From NCBI GenBank assembly GCA_964016885.1, contig OZ024742.1, positions 32,488,001-32,552,000 on the forward strand: DNA of 64,000 bases. The letters are read 5' to 3'. Below the pieces are notes generated by a model that was given only the letters and a program-made list of their open reading frames with translations, did no database searches and had not been told where the DNA came from. The position numbers were made by a program, and so were the translations under genes. Shown one piece after another: positions 1 through 13,320 of this stretch. Every line of letters starts with the position of its first letter. Within the stretch, counting starts at the first letter, position 1. The stretch comes from Eledone cirrhosa. Taxonomy: Eukaryota.

Positions 1-774
1 GATCATAAAGGATATAGGAATTGAACCCTTTGTTACCATAATTCTAATGAAATCCACAATGTGTTTCAATTAATTTCGAAAACGATAAAAAATTTGGAAA
101 ACTTTAGTTATGTAACTAATTATTTTCATTAGGTTGATGTGAGGCTGGTGGAGAGGTAGAATTATTACAGCATTTTAGAAAATACTTTGCAGCATATAAT
201 TACATTCCTTTACATTTGGAATTCAAATCACATCAAGGTCAACTTTGCCTTTCATCCTTCTGTTGTCAATAAAATAAAGTACCAGTTAAGTACAGGAGTT
301 GAGTAAATAGACTTTGCTGTTCCCACATATTTTCTGGCCTCATACCTGAATTAGAAATCAATATTTTTAAGGGTGGTGACTTGGCAGAATAATTAGAGCA
401 TTGGACAAAATGCTTTAGAGCATATAGTTATGGCCTTTTATATTCTGAGTTCAAATCCTGCCAAGGCCAACTTTGCCTATCATCCTTCTGGGGTCAATAA
501 AATAAAGTACCAGTAAAATACTTGGTCGAAATAATCAATTTTTTCCCTCGCCATAAGTTGCTGGAATAATTACTAAATTAGAAAATCCTTATGTTTTTAC
601 ATAAAATTATGATGTAATGTTTTAATGAGTATGAACATTTAAAAACACTTTTATATCATATAAAAAGGTTGGTTTTAAGTAGGTTGGTATCAAAGGGGTT
701 CAAAAATAGAGGGATTTAAAAGGAATAGGAATATATAGGGGGGAAATTTAAAGAATATACCAAGCACTGTACTT

Positions 775-900
775 AAGGCAGCAAATTGGCAGAGTTGTTA
801 GAGCATCAGATAAAAAATGCTTTAGTATTTGTTCTGGCTCTCTACTCTCTGAGTTCAAATCCCACAGAGGTCAATGTTGCCTTTCAGCCTTTCAGGATCA
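775..900 (+). mobile_element. tRNA-derived SINE, MetaSINE/MESC-like core; related copies at ~140-360, 370-560, 15285-15390, 31760-31855, 62685-62800
   Basis: A-box-like TGGCAGAGTTG and B-box-like GAGTTCAAATCC, followed by the recurring core (ctttgcctttcatcc..ggggtcgataaaataaagtaccagt) seen many times in the window. Confidence 0.6.
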
Positions 901-1309
901 ATTTGGTTTTTCCTCTATCTCTACTCTATTTTCCTCAGGAAGAAATGTTCCAGAGATGGGCTCTGCCAGGCTTAAAATGCCAAAGACATTTTGTGTCAGG
1001 ATGGCACTCTTTAAGGGCCTTTGACTCTGTGTGCGTGTATATATATGTGTGTGCACACACATATACACACACACACATACATGGTCCTGCAACTCCTGAG
1101 GGAGTTAAAGGGCCACTGTACTGACATACAGAATTTCTAGGGAATTTTTAAAACCTGGTAGAGCCCAGCTCCTCTTCAGGTCTGAATACAGATTTCTTCC
1201 AGAGAAGGAAAAAGAGAGTGAGAAAGAGATATAGAGGAAGAATCGACCCCAGTAATAAACAGGTACATTTTTGTCGACCTCAAATGGATGAAAGGCAAAG
1301 TTGGTCACG

Positions 1310-1870
1310 ACTAAAAGCACCCAGCCCACACTGTAAAGTGGTCATGTAGGTGACACGACTAAAAGCACCCAGCCCACACTGTAAAGTGGTCATGTAGGTG
1401 ACACGACTAAAAGCACCCAGTCCACATTGTAAAGTGGTCATGTAGGTGACATGACAAAAAGCACCCAGTCCATATTGTAAAGTGGTCATGTAGGTGACAT
1501 GACAAAAAGCACCCAGTCCATATTGTAAAGTGGTCATGTAGGTGACATGACAAAAAGCACCTAGTCCACATTGTAAAGTGGTCTTGTAGGTGACATGACA
1601 AAAAGCACCCAGTCCACATTGTAAAGTGGTCATGTAGGTGACACGACTAAAAGCACACAGTCCACATTGTAAAGTGGTCATGTAGGTGACATGACAAAAA
1701 GCACCCAGTCCACATTGTAAAGTGGTCATGTAGGTGACATGACAAAAAGCACCCAGTCTACATTATAAAGTGGCTTTGTCGGCGTCATGACAATAAACGC
1801 CCAGCCCATATTGTAAAGTGATCATGTAGGTGACATGACAAAAAGCACTCAGTACACACTGTAAATGTGG
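1310..1870. repeat. 48-bp minisatellite (~11 units) derived from an RTE-type 3' UTR repeat
   Basis: Unit aaaagcacccagtccacattgtaaagtggtcatgtaggtgacatgac; 16-aa periodicity in ORF 1280-1729; runs into the RTE-type tail (gttggcaataggaagggtatccagct...). Confidence 0.9.
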
Positions 1871-3037
1871 TTGGCAATAGGAAGGGTATCCAGCTATAGG
1901 AAGCAAGCCAAAATCAGGACAACTCGTCTAAGCCATGTTAATGGGAAAAAAATGGACGTTAAATGGGGATGATAATGATATATATATAATAATGAGTATA
2001 ACCGAAGTTGCACAATAGCAGATGAACAATCGAATTGTCAGAGGCTGTCACAAAGCACTCAATGAGTGAATAATTGAGAAATTTCTTCTCAGAGTGAACA
2101 CAAAAAGTTAAGGAATAGTGACACGATGAATAAAGTGACCAGAGGCATGTTGTCACAGTCATATAACAACAATGAATTATAGAAACAGGTCGAAAGACAA
2201 ACCTCTGCTGTATGTGTGTAGTGTATGTGTGTGTGTGCTGGCATTGCTGTGTGGTTAAGAAGATTGCTTCACAACCACATGGTCACAGATTCACTCTCAC
2301 TATGTGGCACCTTAGACAAGTGTCTTCTATTATATCTTTGGCTTGACCAATGTCTTGTTAGTGAAATTTGATAGAAGGAAACTTCAGAAGCTTGTCGTGT
2401 GTATGTGTATCATCTATATTTGACTGACTCTATGTTTGTCTATGCATGTCTGTGTTTACCTTTGTGTCTGTGTTTCTGTCATTTAACTTAACACTTCAAT
2501 AACAAGAGTACCAGACTTGAAAAAGATATAAAATAAATATCAGGTTTGAAAAAAATAACAAATATATACTGATGCCTTGATATGATTAACTATATCTTTG
2601 TGAATGTAGTGTATCTTTGTGAATGTAGTGTCTCTGCATGGCTGCAGTCTAATGATTGAAGCTCAGTAAAAGAAGAAAAGAATAATGTATATATATACAT
2701 ATATATATATAAATATATCACCTTGTGGGAAGAGATGGAATAATTTGTCTTGCTTCTAGTATGTTTGAGTCTGAGGACAATTTGATAGAACTTCATATTT
2801 TTTTCTTTTGGAAAATTGTATAAAATTACACACAAGTCAGTGAAACAAAAAAAAAAATGTTTTCAGAGTTTAAAGTTTGAAAAATAAATATGACAAAAAC
2901 AATTTAAATTAAATTAAAATTATTTTTTGTTCAAAATATCTTTCCTGTATTTTTTTTCCAATAGGTAGGAGGGGTTTGTTTTTTAAACAAAACAAATTTT
3001 TGGTTTTTCAAATGTTGATTAATCCATTAAATAAAGG

Positions 3038-3084
<47 letters not shown>

Positions 3085-3756
3085 TTGCTGGCAGGAGAAT
3101 ATATATTATTGTTACAAAATATACACTGACTGGGTAGTTGAGAGAGAGAATGACAAAGAAACTGAAGATAAGTTAAAACAGAAGAAAATCCTAAATTGAA
3201 TTTCATTGGTTAATTAAAAAGAAGAAATTAGAAAGGGAGAGAGGGAGATCAATGTTTCACCCTCAGTTTATAAGAGCTCCAAGTTGATAAGAAGTCCCAC
3301 CATCACCACCACACAAAAAGTAATGACAAGTTATGATAACAATAATGATAACATATTTTTGATACACTACCAGTTGTCATCATCATTTTAAGTTCACTTT
3401 TCATGCTGGCATGGATTGGACAGATGGTCACAGTCCAAGATTAGACAAGTCAGAGAGAAATCTTGTTAATAGGATCCATATTTGGTATGGTTTCTACAAC
3501 TGGATATCCTTCATAATGTTAACCACCATGCAGGGTGTACTGAGTAAGTTTTTCATGTCACCAGCACTGTCTCTTTACAGAGTGCACATGGTTTCTATGT
3601 TTGGATGCCCTTCCTAATGCCAACCATCTTTCAGAGTCATTAAAAACACAAAAAACAAATTCTTAATTAATCTGGCTTATACTATGACAATAGAGAAAAA
3701 GGAATAAAAGAAAGAGAAATGGGGAAGACAGGGAGAAGGAAAACTCTTGTCTGGCT

Positions 3757-3815
<59 letters not shown>

Positions 3816-5099
3816 ATATCCATAGATGTCATTAGTGTAAGGACTGGATCTTTCAAGTGATTTTATGTGGGACTCCTTTCTCCTTTAATTGCCAGACTTT
3901 TCTTTGCCAGAGCTGTACTGGTTCTTACATCAGGATTCCTGAAGGAGTGGAGATACTAGTAATATCTTTCTCTTTCTCTTTCCATACTGACATAATACAA
4001 TACACCTTCTATACTACTCTACTCCATACCTTAATAAATATTACCATTTCTATATTACATTCCACCACATACTATACTTCTGCGATAGCCTACCAATACT
4101 AACATGTATGATCTCGCTTTTCAAATTTATATCTTCGAGTTATTTCTCTTTGTTATATGTTTTTCGTAAACTAGTGCTTTTAGCATGCATTACTTTTAAC
4201 GGTGTTTTATAAACTCTTATAAACGTTTGAAGATAGGTAACAATTTTTATCTCTCTTACATTCTGGAGATAAGTCAATATTGGGCCTTGAAACCTAAGGT
4301 AGCACTTTTGTTCCGTATATGAACATAAATAAATAATATATATATATTAAAAAAGACAAACATGAAGAAGAATTACACAAGTGTTATTAGTTTCACACTT
4401 GTAGGAAAAGGAAGAAGAATGTTTCAACATATCAAACATTAGTCCTTCATCAAGAAAGAGTTAAGTTATGAGAGATGAGGTTGGTAAAACAAAAACTGGT
4501 AGAGAAAAGATATCCTCAGACTGAAATACTTTGGGTATCATAGTCCAAAATACTCCACTTAAGACAACCAGGGATGACAGATTAACACCAGAGTAGGACC
4601 ACAGTAGGATTGGAACTCAGAATGTAAAGAACCAAAACAAATACAACAAAACATCACATTTGACACGTAACTCTGCAAATCCACCCTGAGCTAGTATTTT
4701 ATTTTATGAATCCAGAAAATGTGAAAAACAAAGTTGATCTCAATAGGATTTGAATTCAGAGTATAAAGTGCCAGAGCAAATACTCAAGTTATTAATAAGG
4801 TTACTTTACAGTCCTGAATAAAACTAGATTTGTGTATTAATGTACATTATGTTGTTAGGAGACAAATACTGGGGTGGATTTTATCAACTTTGCCCTTACC
4901 CCAAAGTTGCTGGTCATGTGTATAAATTAGAAATCAATTATGTTGTTGCAACTATCAACTCCACTTTGACCCACCTGTCTCTCTATCTGTCATTACCCAT
5001 ACAATGCCTAATTTTTCCAATCACACACACACTAACTGCATCACCCAGTCCTCTCTCTTCAGGCTGGATAGGCCGAGGGAACCATGGACCACAGTTGTT

Positions 5100-5910
5100 G
5101 CAAAGCAAGTAAAATTAATGGTTAAGAAAAAAGGGCATGAACAATTAACATTGAGGTGGGAACAGAAACCTCTGTATGGCAAACCAGCTGATGTTGACCA
5201 GAAGTATACCCATCAGTGGATACATAGCACAGGGCTAAAAGCAGAGAGTAAAGGTTTTATTTTAGCTGCCAAAATCAAAGTTTAACCCTTTAGCATTTAC
5301 ATTACTCTATATATACTATTATATTTTAATTGTAAAGGCTTTACCTCGCATAATTATCTCACATAACATCGAATCTATGAAATTTTGAAAGTATTTATTT
5401 TGAGAACAATACCTTAACATCAGTTTGAGCGACGGGTTACAGCCAGTTTCAACAGAAAGAGGTAGAGAATTCTGGCCGGTTTGAACATTAAAGGGTTAAT
5501 AACTTGGAACTATCAAGCCAATGTGATGAGAAATGGAGTAGATCCAAAGTACCGATTCTGCAATGATGTGATTGCAACAGTGGACCACTTAATCTCTGGT
5601 TGTAAACTTTTAGCACCAGTAGAGTATAAATCAAGGCATGACAGAGGTTAATATGTCAGCATTATAAAATCAAAACTGCTGACAAGTAGTATAAACATCA
5701 CCCTTTGTAACTGAGGGAGAGAATGTAACGATTCTTTGGGACTCTCCTGTACATACATCCATCAAAGCTAACAGAAGACCAAAATAACAAAGTATGTTTA
5801 TTGATTGATATGAGCATCCCATGTGATCGCTATATTGCTGCAAAAAAAATTGACAAGCTCAGAAAATATAAAGACTTGTAGATTGAAATTGAAAAAGTAT
5901 GGCTGTGAAA
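5100..5910 (+). mobile_element. Degenerate R4/Dong-like (RLE-type) non-LTR retrotransposon 3' fragment
   Basis: Translated pieces WEQKPLYGK, THQWIHSTGLKAESKGFILAA, RFC..TVDHLISGCKLLAPVEYKSRHD (decayed CCHC) and CLLIDMSIP..KYKDL.IEIEKVW; stops and frameshifts; interrupted by a MITE. Confidence 0.75.
5286..5495. mobile_element. piggyBac-like MITE; other copies at 63591-63772 and partial at ~31860-32180 and 36000-36150
   Basis: TTAA|CCCTTTA...TAAAGGG|TTAA ends; splits the R4-like coding fragment; the same internal sequence recurs elsewhere. Confidence 0.8.
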
Positions 5911-6279
5911 AATATAATCATCTATGTAATTTCTTTTATTTAACTTTATTAGATTATATTCCATAATTATGTAAGTTGTAAATAATTGTTTTGACAGATT
6001 GATGTGCGAAGGTATATCTACCATCATGGAATCCGATTTATCCCAATATCATATCGGGATTAGCGCTTTCTAGATGTAATAACTTCACATATTAATACAT
6101 TATGTAAACATTATGCAATAAATGATTTTCCTTCTTGCACAGTGAACGGTGTATTTGTGTATCTTATTGTTTAATTATATATATGCATGTACATCTGTAT
6201 GTAGAGACATGATGGAGAGTGAGAATGTATGAGTGTGATCAAGAATGTAAAAGTTTAAGGGAGGGAGATGGAATGGCGG

Positions 6280-6630
6280 TGACAGTAATGATGACAGTAA
6301 TGATAATGTTGTTACTGCAGCAGATGATGGCGATGATGATGGTGTCGAAGATAATGTTGTTACTATTGCAGGTGATGGTGATGATTATAATAGAGATGAT
6401 GGCGATAACAATGATAATAATGATGATGATGGTGATGATGGTGACAAATATGGCAATGATGATGATGATGATGATTATGATATTGGTTGTGATGATAATG
6501 ATGATGATGATGATGATTATGATATTGGTTGTGATGATGATGATGATGATGATGATGATTATGATATTGGTTGTGATGATGATGATGATGATGATTATGA
6601 TATTGGTTGTGATGATGATGATGATGAGTG
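6280..6630. repeat. Compound (GAT)n microsatellite
   Basis: Repeated gatgatgat...tatgatattggttgt blocks. Confidence 0.9.
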
Positions 6631-6753
6631 GTGGAATCTTGCCAAAACAAGTGACATAGTTTTCTCTCCTTGTGAGTAAACAAACACATCTCTGAAACAA
6701 TACAACACTTGTTGTGAACATTGCTGCTGTGGAAGGGGGAGAAGGTGTGCTGC

Positions 6754-6799
<46 letters not shown>

Positions 6800-9504
6800 T
6801 TTACAACAAGATGGAATTGTAGGAAAAGCAATCAACGGTGAGAGGAGGAGGGGGAGAAAGATGGGTAGGAGCCAGGTCAAGGATCCTGGAGTGGGAGTAG
6901 GAGTAGGAGAGTGATGAAGGAGTAGGGAGCGAGGGGGGGGGGTAGAAGGGGAGTAGTAATTGAATAAGTGGGGAAAGTAGAAGGGGAGTGAGTAGTACTT
7001 GAGGGAGGAATAACAACAACAACAGCAGCAATAGATTCAACAACAGAAGCAACAACACTAGTAGCAATACCACCAATAACAATAACAGCACTAGCTACAA
7101 CAACAACAATGCACATTTGTAATAGTACTTGTTACATGTAGAGAGATAAAGCAAAGTAGCTGTTAGAAATAGCAGCCAAACCAGCCTCAAATTTACATCA
7201 TATCTTGAAAAAGGGGAAAGGTTAGAGTTAGCATTTTAGATTCATTTTTTTCATGGTTGCATAGGATCAGATGAAGCTTGGAGCTTATCTCAATTTCATG
7301 GACATTAAGTGACTAAGAGAACAAGACTTCCCCCCACCCTCATGGATGGGATGCTAGTCCATCTCATGGCTAACTCCCCAATTGCAGCTAGTACTCAGTT
7401 GCGTGAACTGGAGCAACATGAAGTGAAGTGCCTTGCTCAAGGACACAACACATCACCCAGTCTAGAAATTGAACCCACAACTTCATGAGGCCATGTAAAA
7501 AAAAAAGATAAATGAAATTTACAGTTCACACTTTAGCTGGCCTCCTACAAGGTTGTGTTGTAAAAGAACTCTCTCAGGTGTTTTAATGATAGGGATCCCA
7601 ATCTTATGAAAAGCAACATGAAACATCACCCGGTCTAGGAATTGAACTCACAGCCTTATGACCATGAGCTCAACACCCTAACAACTAGTTCATGTTCCTT
7701 CACAAAAAGAAAACGAAAAATGTGTTTGAAAATGTAATGTTAGACAATATAAAAAGGCACATGAATAAAGACAATGAATAAAGACTTTTTTTATGATAGA
7801 TATACTGGATAAGAACAGACCTAGGGTTGTACAACAATCATTGATGCTCATTATTTCCCATTCTAGGGTCTTATATGTCCTGTTATTATTAGATTATTTT
7901 CTTGCTCTGACGAGGACTGTAAATTTGGCCGGGTATTTTACAGCTGGATGCCCTTCCTAACACAAACCACAGTTACATCAATTAAACAAATACTAAACTT
8001 TTTTTTTTAAATGTACTGAGGTTGATATGTTCAATGAAATTACTTCACAGTGGTGCCCCAGCATGGTTGCAGTTAAATGACTGAAGTCAATAAAAGATTA
8101 AAAGCTAGGAAACAACTTTGTCAAGAAGCTTGTGATATATGGTTGGTGGGTCAACAAGACAATAACTGAAGTGTTGTCATTAAAATAAGTATTTTGATAC
8201 TACTCTTAATGGATTAGAGGTACATTTTTAAGGTTATTTAGAATAAGGAAATAAACCACTTAGCAAAAAATTCTCAGAGATGTCATCAGTACGAAAAAAC
8301 AATAGTTAAATCAGTGTTATAAACATATTAAGGAAAATTACTTAAAAACACAGTTAACAAGAAAATATAATTGTTAAGTTAGTGTTTATATACTTTGTGT
8401 AGGGAGCAGCAAAATGCTAATCTTGATATATAAGTGTGAGTGTATGTATGTATAAATGTATGAGTAAATGTATGTGCCATTTCTAATTGTGTGTATAAAT
8501 ATATGTGTATAGTTTGTGGCAGAATCTGCCTGTCAGAGGCTGGACTTCAATCTCTCATAAGAGCACACAATAAAACACTTCCTACTAACTATAGACTATA
8601 CCAACCAGTTTACCCTTATCAATACCCCATATGTCTCAATATCTGCAAATCTCAAGGAGGTCTAAACTGACATTTCAAAGTTCAAGACTCATGGACATTT
8701 CAAGCTGCAACAAAACTAATGTGCAATTTATGTGGATGGCTTGTGAAAAGTATGTCTAGTCTAAAAAGCCACAGAAGATCTTAAGCAAGAACTGAGCATC
8801 ATGTACACTGAAGTGGTCAAACTTTGTATTGAGCAGACAACCAGCATGTATGCATGAATATATGTGTATGTACATATGTATGTATGTAGATATGTTTCAA
8901 GCTATAGGCCATAGTTTGACAGCTAGATAGCTGAAATTCAACATGCAGGTACACCTTTTCAAGAAGATCACAAAGAATGAAAGATTGGAGAGTGGAGAAC
9001 TGGACTATAGTCAACGTCCCACAATATTTAAAGGACTCAAAATTAATTTATTGGTTACCATAAATAATATGTCTAGATGAATCTCATGATTTAAATTTGA
9101 CATAAGGGCCCTAAAGAAATTTTCAGCCAGGGACACCATGCAAGCTTAATCCGCCCCTGAAAAAGGACACCTTTTTGTAAGGAGAAGCTCCTAAGTTATG
9201 TGACTTTTGCTGAAATTTGTTCTTTTTAGCTTCTGAAAGAAACCTCAGAATATTTTATACCGAACCTCCTGTACTGTAATTGATATTTGAAAAATAATTT
9301 ATTAGAAAAATCTTTCATTTAGAGTAATTATGGAAATTAGTAGAGTATTTTGGGGTGGGAGAAAGCATTGTGTCTCAATAAAGTGCACTCAGTACATTCT
9401 GTAAAGTGGCTGGCATAGTTCTCTGACCTGCCGAGTTTGGGATCATGACAATCACAATCATCATCATAATCACTATTATCAACAACAACTCTAAGTACCT
9501 TTTT

Positions 9505-10715
9505 GATTTCCATGTGTCTAACACACGTGGGTATGCCAACAAAGTCAGAAAACAGCACAGCTCCCATGACTTTCGGAAACATTTTTTCACGCTCAGAGTT
9601 GCTAAAGCATGGAACAAACTACCTGCATCAGTTGTTCGTTGTCGAGACACTGCATCCTTTAACACCTCCATGGAACAAACCACCTGCATCAGTTATTAGC
9701 TGTCGAGACACTGCATCCTTTAAAACCTCCATGGAACAAACTACCTGCATCAGTTGTTAGCTGTCGAGACACTGCATCCTTTAAAACCTCCATGGAACAA
9801 ACTACCTGCATCAGTTGTTAGCTGTTGTGACACTGCATCCTTTAAAACCTCCATGGAAGAAACTACCTGCATCAGTTGTTAGCTGTCGAGACACTGCATC
9901 CTTTAAAACCTCCATGGAACAAACTACCTGCATCAGTTGTTAGCTGTCGAGACACTGCATCCTTTAAAACCTCCATGGAACAAACTACCTGCATCAGTTG
10001 TTAGCTGTCGAGACACTGCATCCTTTAAAACCTCCAGGGAACAAACTACCTGCATCAGTTGTTAGCTGTCGAGACACTGCATCCTTTAAAACCTCCAGGC
10101 ACAAACTACCTGCATCAGTTGTTAGCTGTTGAGACACTGCATCCTTTAAAACCTCCATGGAACAAACTACCTGCATCAGTTGTTAGCTGTCGAGACACTG
10201 CATCCTTTGAAACCTCCATGGAACAAACTACCTGCATCAGTTGTTAGCTGTTGAGACACTGCATCCTTTAAAACCTCCATGGAAAAACTACCTGCATCAG
10301 TTGTTAGTTGTCGAGACACTGCATCCTTTAAAACCTCCATGGAAAAACTACCTGCATCAGTTGTTAGCTGTCGAAACACTGCATCCTTTAAAACCTCCAT
10401 GGAACAAACTACCTGCATCAGTTGTTAGCTGTCGAGACACTGCATCCTTTAAAACCTCCAGGGAACAAACTACCTGCATCAGTTGTTAGCTGTCGAAACA
10501 CTGCATTCTTTAAAACCTCCATGCTTCCTGAGATTTGCCAACACTACACCTAACATTCCCCCTCCATACACATACACACATGTATATCATGACTCATCAC
10601 TATTCACTTCCCTGATATTTGTATATTATTCTATGTACTATACATGCACCTTTGATGAGTTGTAGTGCACCTGAGCACTGTACACAATAATTTCATTATT
10701 ATTATTATTATTATT
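9505..10715 (+). mobile_element. CR1/L2-group LINE 3' fragment containing an internal 61-bp tandem expansion
   Basis: TRGYANKVRKQHSSHDFRKHFFTLRVAKAWNKLPASVV is a typical CR1 ORF2 C-terminus; 3' UTR then (ATT)n tail. Confidence 0.85.
9608..10523. repeat. 61-bp minisatellite, ~15 units
   Basis: Unit catggaacaaactacctgcatcagttgttagctgtcgagacactgcatcctttaaaacctc. Confidence 0.95.
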
Positions 10716-10943
10716 ATATCATAGCTTTTGTTGCTAACATCACTATCATCATCACCATCACTACTATCAACAATGACAATTGCAACAGCCAAAATATCAT
10801 TAGTACCATAATCACTATCACTAGCTTCCTCATTATCATCAACATCATCATGACTATCAACAATAACAACAACAAAAACATCACTATCATCATCATGACT
10901 ATCAACAATAACAACAACAAAAACAAAAAGGTATCTAACTGAC

Positions 10944-11612
10944 CCGGACAGTTGCAATAGTGTACTGCTCGACCAAATACATGGGTGTATCCTGTACACT
11001 GAGGGTGCGTTTGGTGACACATCGTCGCTTGCGCCTCACCTTGCCGTTGCTGCTGTATGAGCGACGCTCAATTAGCCTGTGATCCGGGTGCACCATTACA
11101 CTACTGTCGCCACTACTATTGCTGCAACTGCTTGCTGCAACCAGCTGCAAAGTGTCCTGCTCTTCACTGCAGTCCTCAACAGCCTTTCGGACATCCATGT
11201 CTGACACCGACTGTTGACCAGAGTTGGTCTGGACCATGGTGACAATGTGAGAGTCTGTTGTGATGGTGGTGCTGGTAGTGTTGTTGGTAGTAGTTGTGGT
11301 GTTGACAGTGGTAGCATTAGTACTGGTAGTGGGGCTGTTGGTGGTAGTAGTGGTGGTGTTGATGGTGGTAGTGGGGCTGTTGGTGGTGGTAGTGGTGTTG
11401 ATGGTGGTAGTGGGGCTGTTGGTGGTGGTAGTGGTGTTGTTCTTGATGGAACTGGCAGTGGTGTTGGTGGTGGTGGTAGTGCCGTTATTTGTGGTGGCAA
11501 CATTTGAGGGGTTTACTGATGGTAGTAGATTGATTGTGTAGCAGTTGAGGGTTGGGTCACACTCTTTGTCACCGGAACTTGGCTCATGTGCCATTGTCTC
11601 TTCAGGGGACAT
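10944..11612 (-). CDS. Probable first coding exon of an unidentified host gene (Thr/Asn-rich low-complexity N-terminus, basic RRKRR motif)
   Basis: 223 open codons from ATG with non-repetitive ends (MSPEETMAHEPSSG...; ...RRSYSSNGKVRRKRRCVTKRTLSVQDTPMYLVEQYTIATVR), higher GC than flanks, and a phase-0 donor-like CGG|GTCAGT at 10944/10943. Confidence 0.65.
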
Positions 11613-12109
11613 CGTCTCTCTCTCTCTCTCTCACACACAGAGGATACTAGTATAACAGTGATAGGAGAAGGAGGAACTGAGGTACTGGTAAACTTGAATA
11701 AGTGTGTATGTGATATATATATATAGATATATAAAATCACGACCACGACGCCAAGCGGTTTCGGCTCGTGTGTTCAGTAAGCCTTTCCAATAAGTGTATG
11801 TGTCTGACTTTTTGTTATTAAATGTATATATATATATATATATATATGCTTGAGAATGTCAGGACTCCTAGTGAAAGATGCGGGAGTGAGGTTTCTCCAG
11901 AAGCTGTCAAGTGTCACTCAAGTGTCACATGAGTGTTACCTAGATTACCATTACTGTCCACAACCACACCACCTTCTACTTGCTCTTAAAGAAGAGTGAC
12001 AGTCTAAGACTGAAAAGTGTAGTCTCTATTTGTCAAATAAAAACACAAAGAGGGAGGCTCCTTTTCAGATTGGGTAAAATACCTCCGTTTAATATCGTTG
12101 AGTATCAGT

Positions 12110-13035
12110 ATATAAACCACACTTGGTGTCCGAGATTAAGTGTAAACCACACTTGGTGTCCGGGATTAAATGTAAACCACACTTGATGTCCGGGATTAAG
12201 TGTAAACCACACTTGGTGTCCGAGATTAAATGTAAACCACACTTGATGTCCGAGATTAAATGTAAACCACACTTGGTGTCCGAGATTAAATGTAAACCAC
12301 ACTTTATGTCCGGGATTAAATGTAATCCACACTTGGTGTCCGAGATTAAATGTAATCCACACTTGATGTCCGAGATTAGGTGTAAACCACACTTGATGTC
12401 CGAGATTAGGTGTAAACCACACTTGATGTCCGAGATTAGGTGTAAACCACACTTGATGTCCGAGATTAGGTGTAAACCACACTTGATGTCCGAGATTAGG
12501 TGTAAACCACACTTGGTGTCCAAGATTAGGTGTAAACCACACTTGGTGTCCGAGATTAGGTGTAAACCACACTTGGTGTCCAAAATTAGGTGTAAACCAC
12601 ACTTGGTGTCCGAGATTACGTGTGAATCATACTTGGTGTCCGAGATTAAGTGTAAACCACACTTGGTGTCCGAGATTAGGTGTAAACCACACTTTATGTC
12701 CGAGATTACGTGTGAATCATACTTGGTGTCCGAGATTAAGTGTAAACCACACTTGATGTCCGGGATTAAATGTAAACCACACTTTATGTCCGGGATTAAA
12801 TGTAAACCCCACTTGGTGTCCAAGATTAGGTGTAAACCACACTTGGTGTCCGAGATTAAATGTAAACCACACTTGGTGTCCGAGATTAAGTATAAACCAC
12901 ACTTGGTGTCCGAGATTAAGTATAAACCACACTTGGTGTCCGAGATTAAGTGTAAACCACACTTGGTGTCCGAGATTAAGTGTAAACCACACTTGGTGTC
13001 CGAGATTAAGTATAAACCACACTTGGTGTCCAAGT
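12110..13035. repeat. 30-bp minisatellite, ~31 units, with degenerate units to ~13250
   Basis: Unit tgtaaaccacacttggtgtccgagattaag; 10-aa periodicity in the overlapping ORFs. Confidence 0.95.
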
Positions 13036-13287
13036 AAGTATATATCACTAGGTGTCTGGGAATGAGTATATAACCTTTGGTGTTTGAGTATAAATATATA
13101 TAATATATATCTGTGTATAGATATAGATATATAACAATTGGTATCAGAGTATGGATATATAACACTTGGTGTTTAAGTATGATTATATATATAACACTTG
13201 GTATGGATATCAACAGGTGACTAAGTATGTATAAGACTTGATGTTTGGGTATATATATATATGTGTGTATATCTATGAGTGTATGTG

Positions 13288-13320
<33 letters not shown>

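Noticed and set aside
7900-7935. CTGACGAG hammerhead-like start; other degenerate cores at ~4420-4450, 16115-16150 and 28300-28330
   Set aside because: Missing GAAA or non-pairing stems, so not counted as HHRs
8520-8790. C2H2-like motifs suggesting a zinc-finger gene
   Set aside because: Contains stops and lost Cys residues; more likely a decayed LINE C-terminus
9608-10523. CRISPR-like regular array (also 1310-1870 and 12110-13035)
   Set aside because: No unique spacers, no cas genes, eukaryotic context
10944-10975. YTIATVR resembles the KChIP EMATVR motif
   Set aside because: Match too short and no EF-hand exons found; no gene symbol assigned
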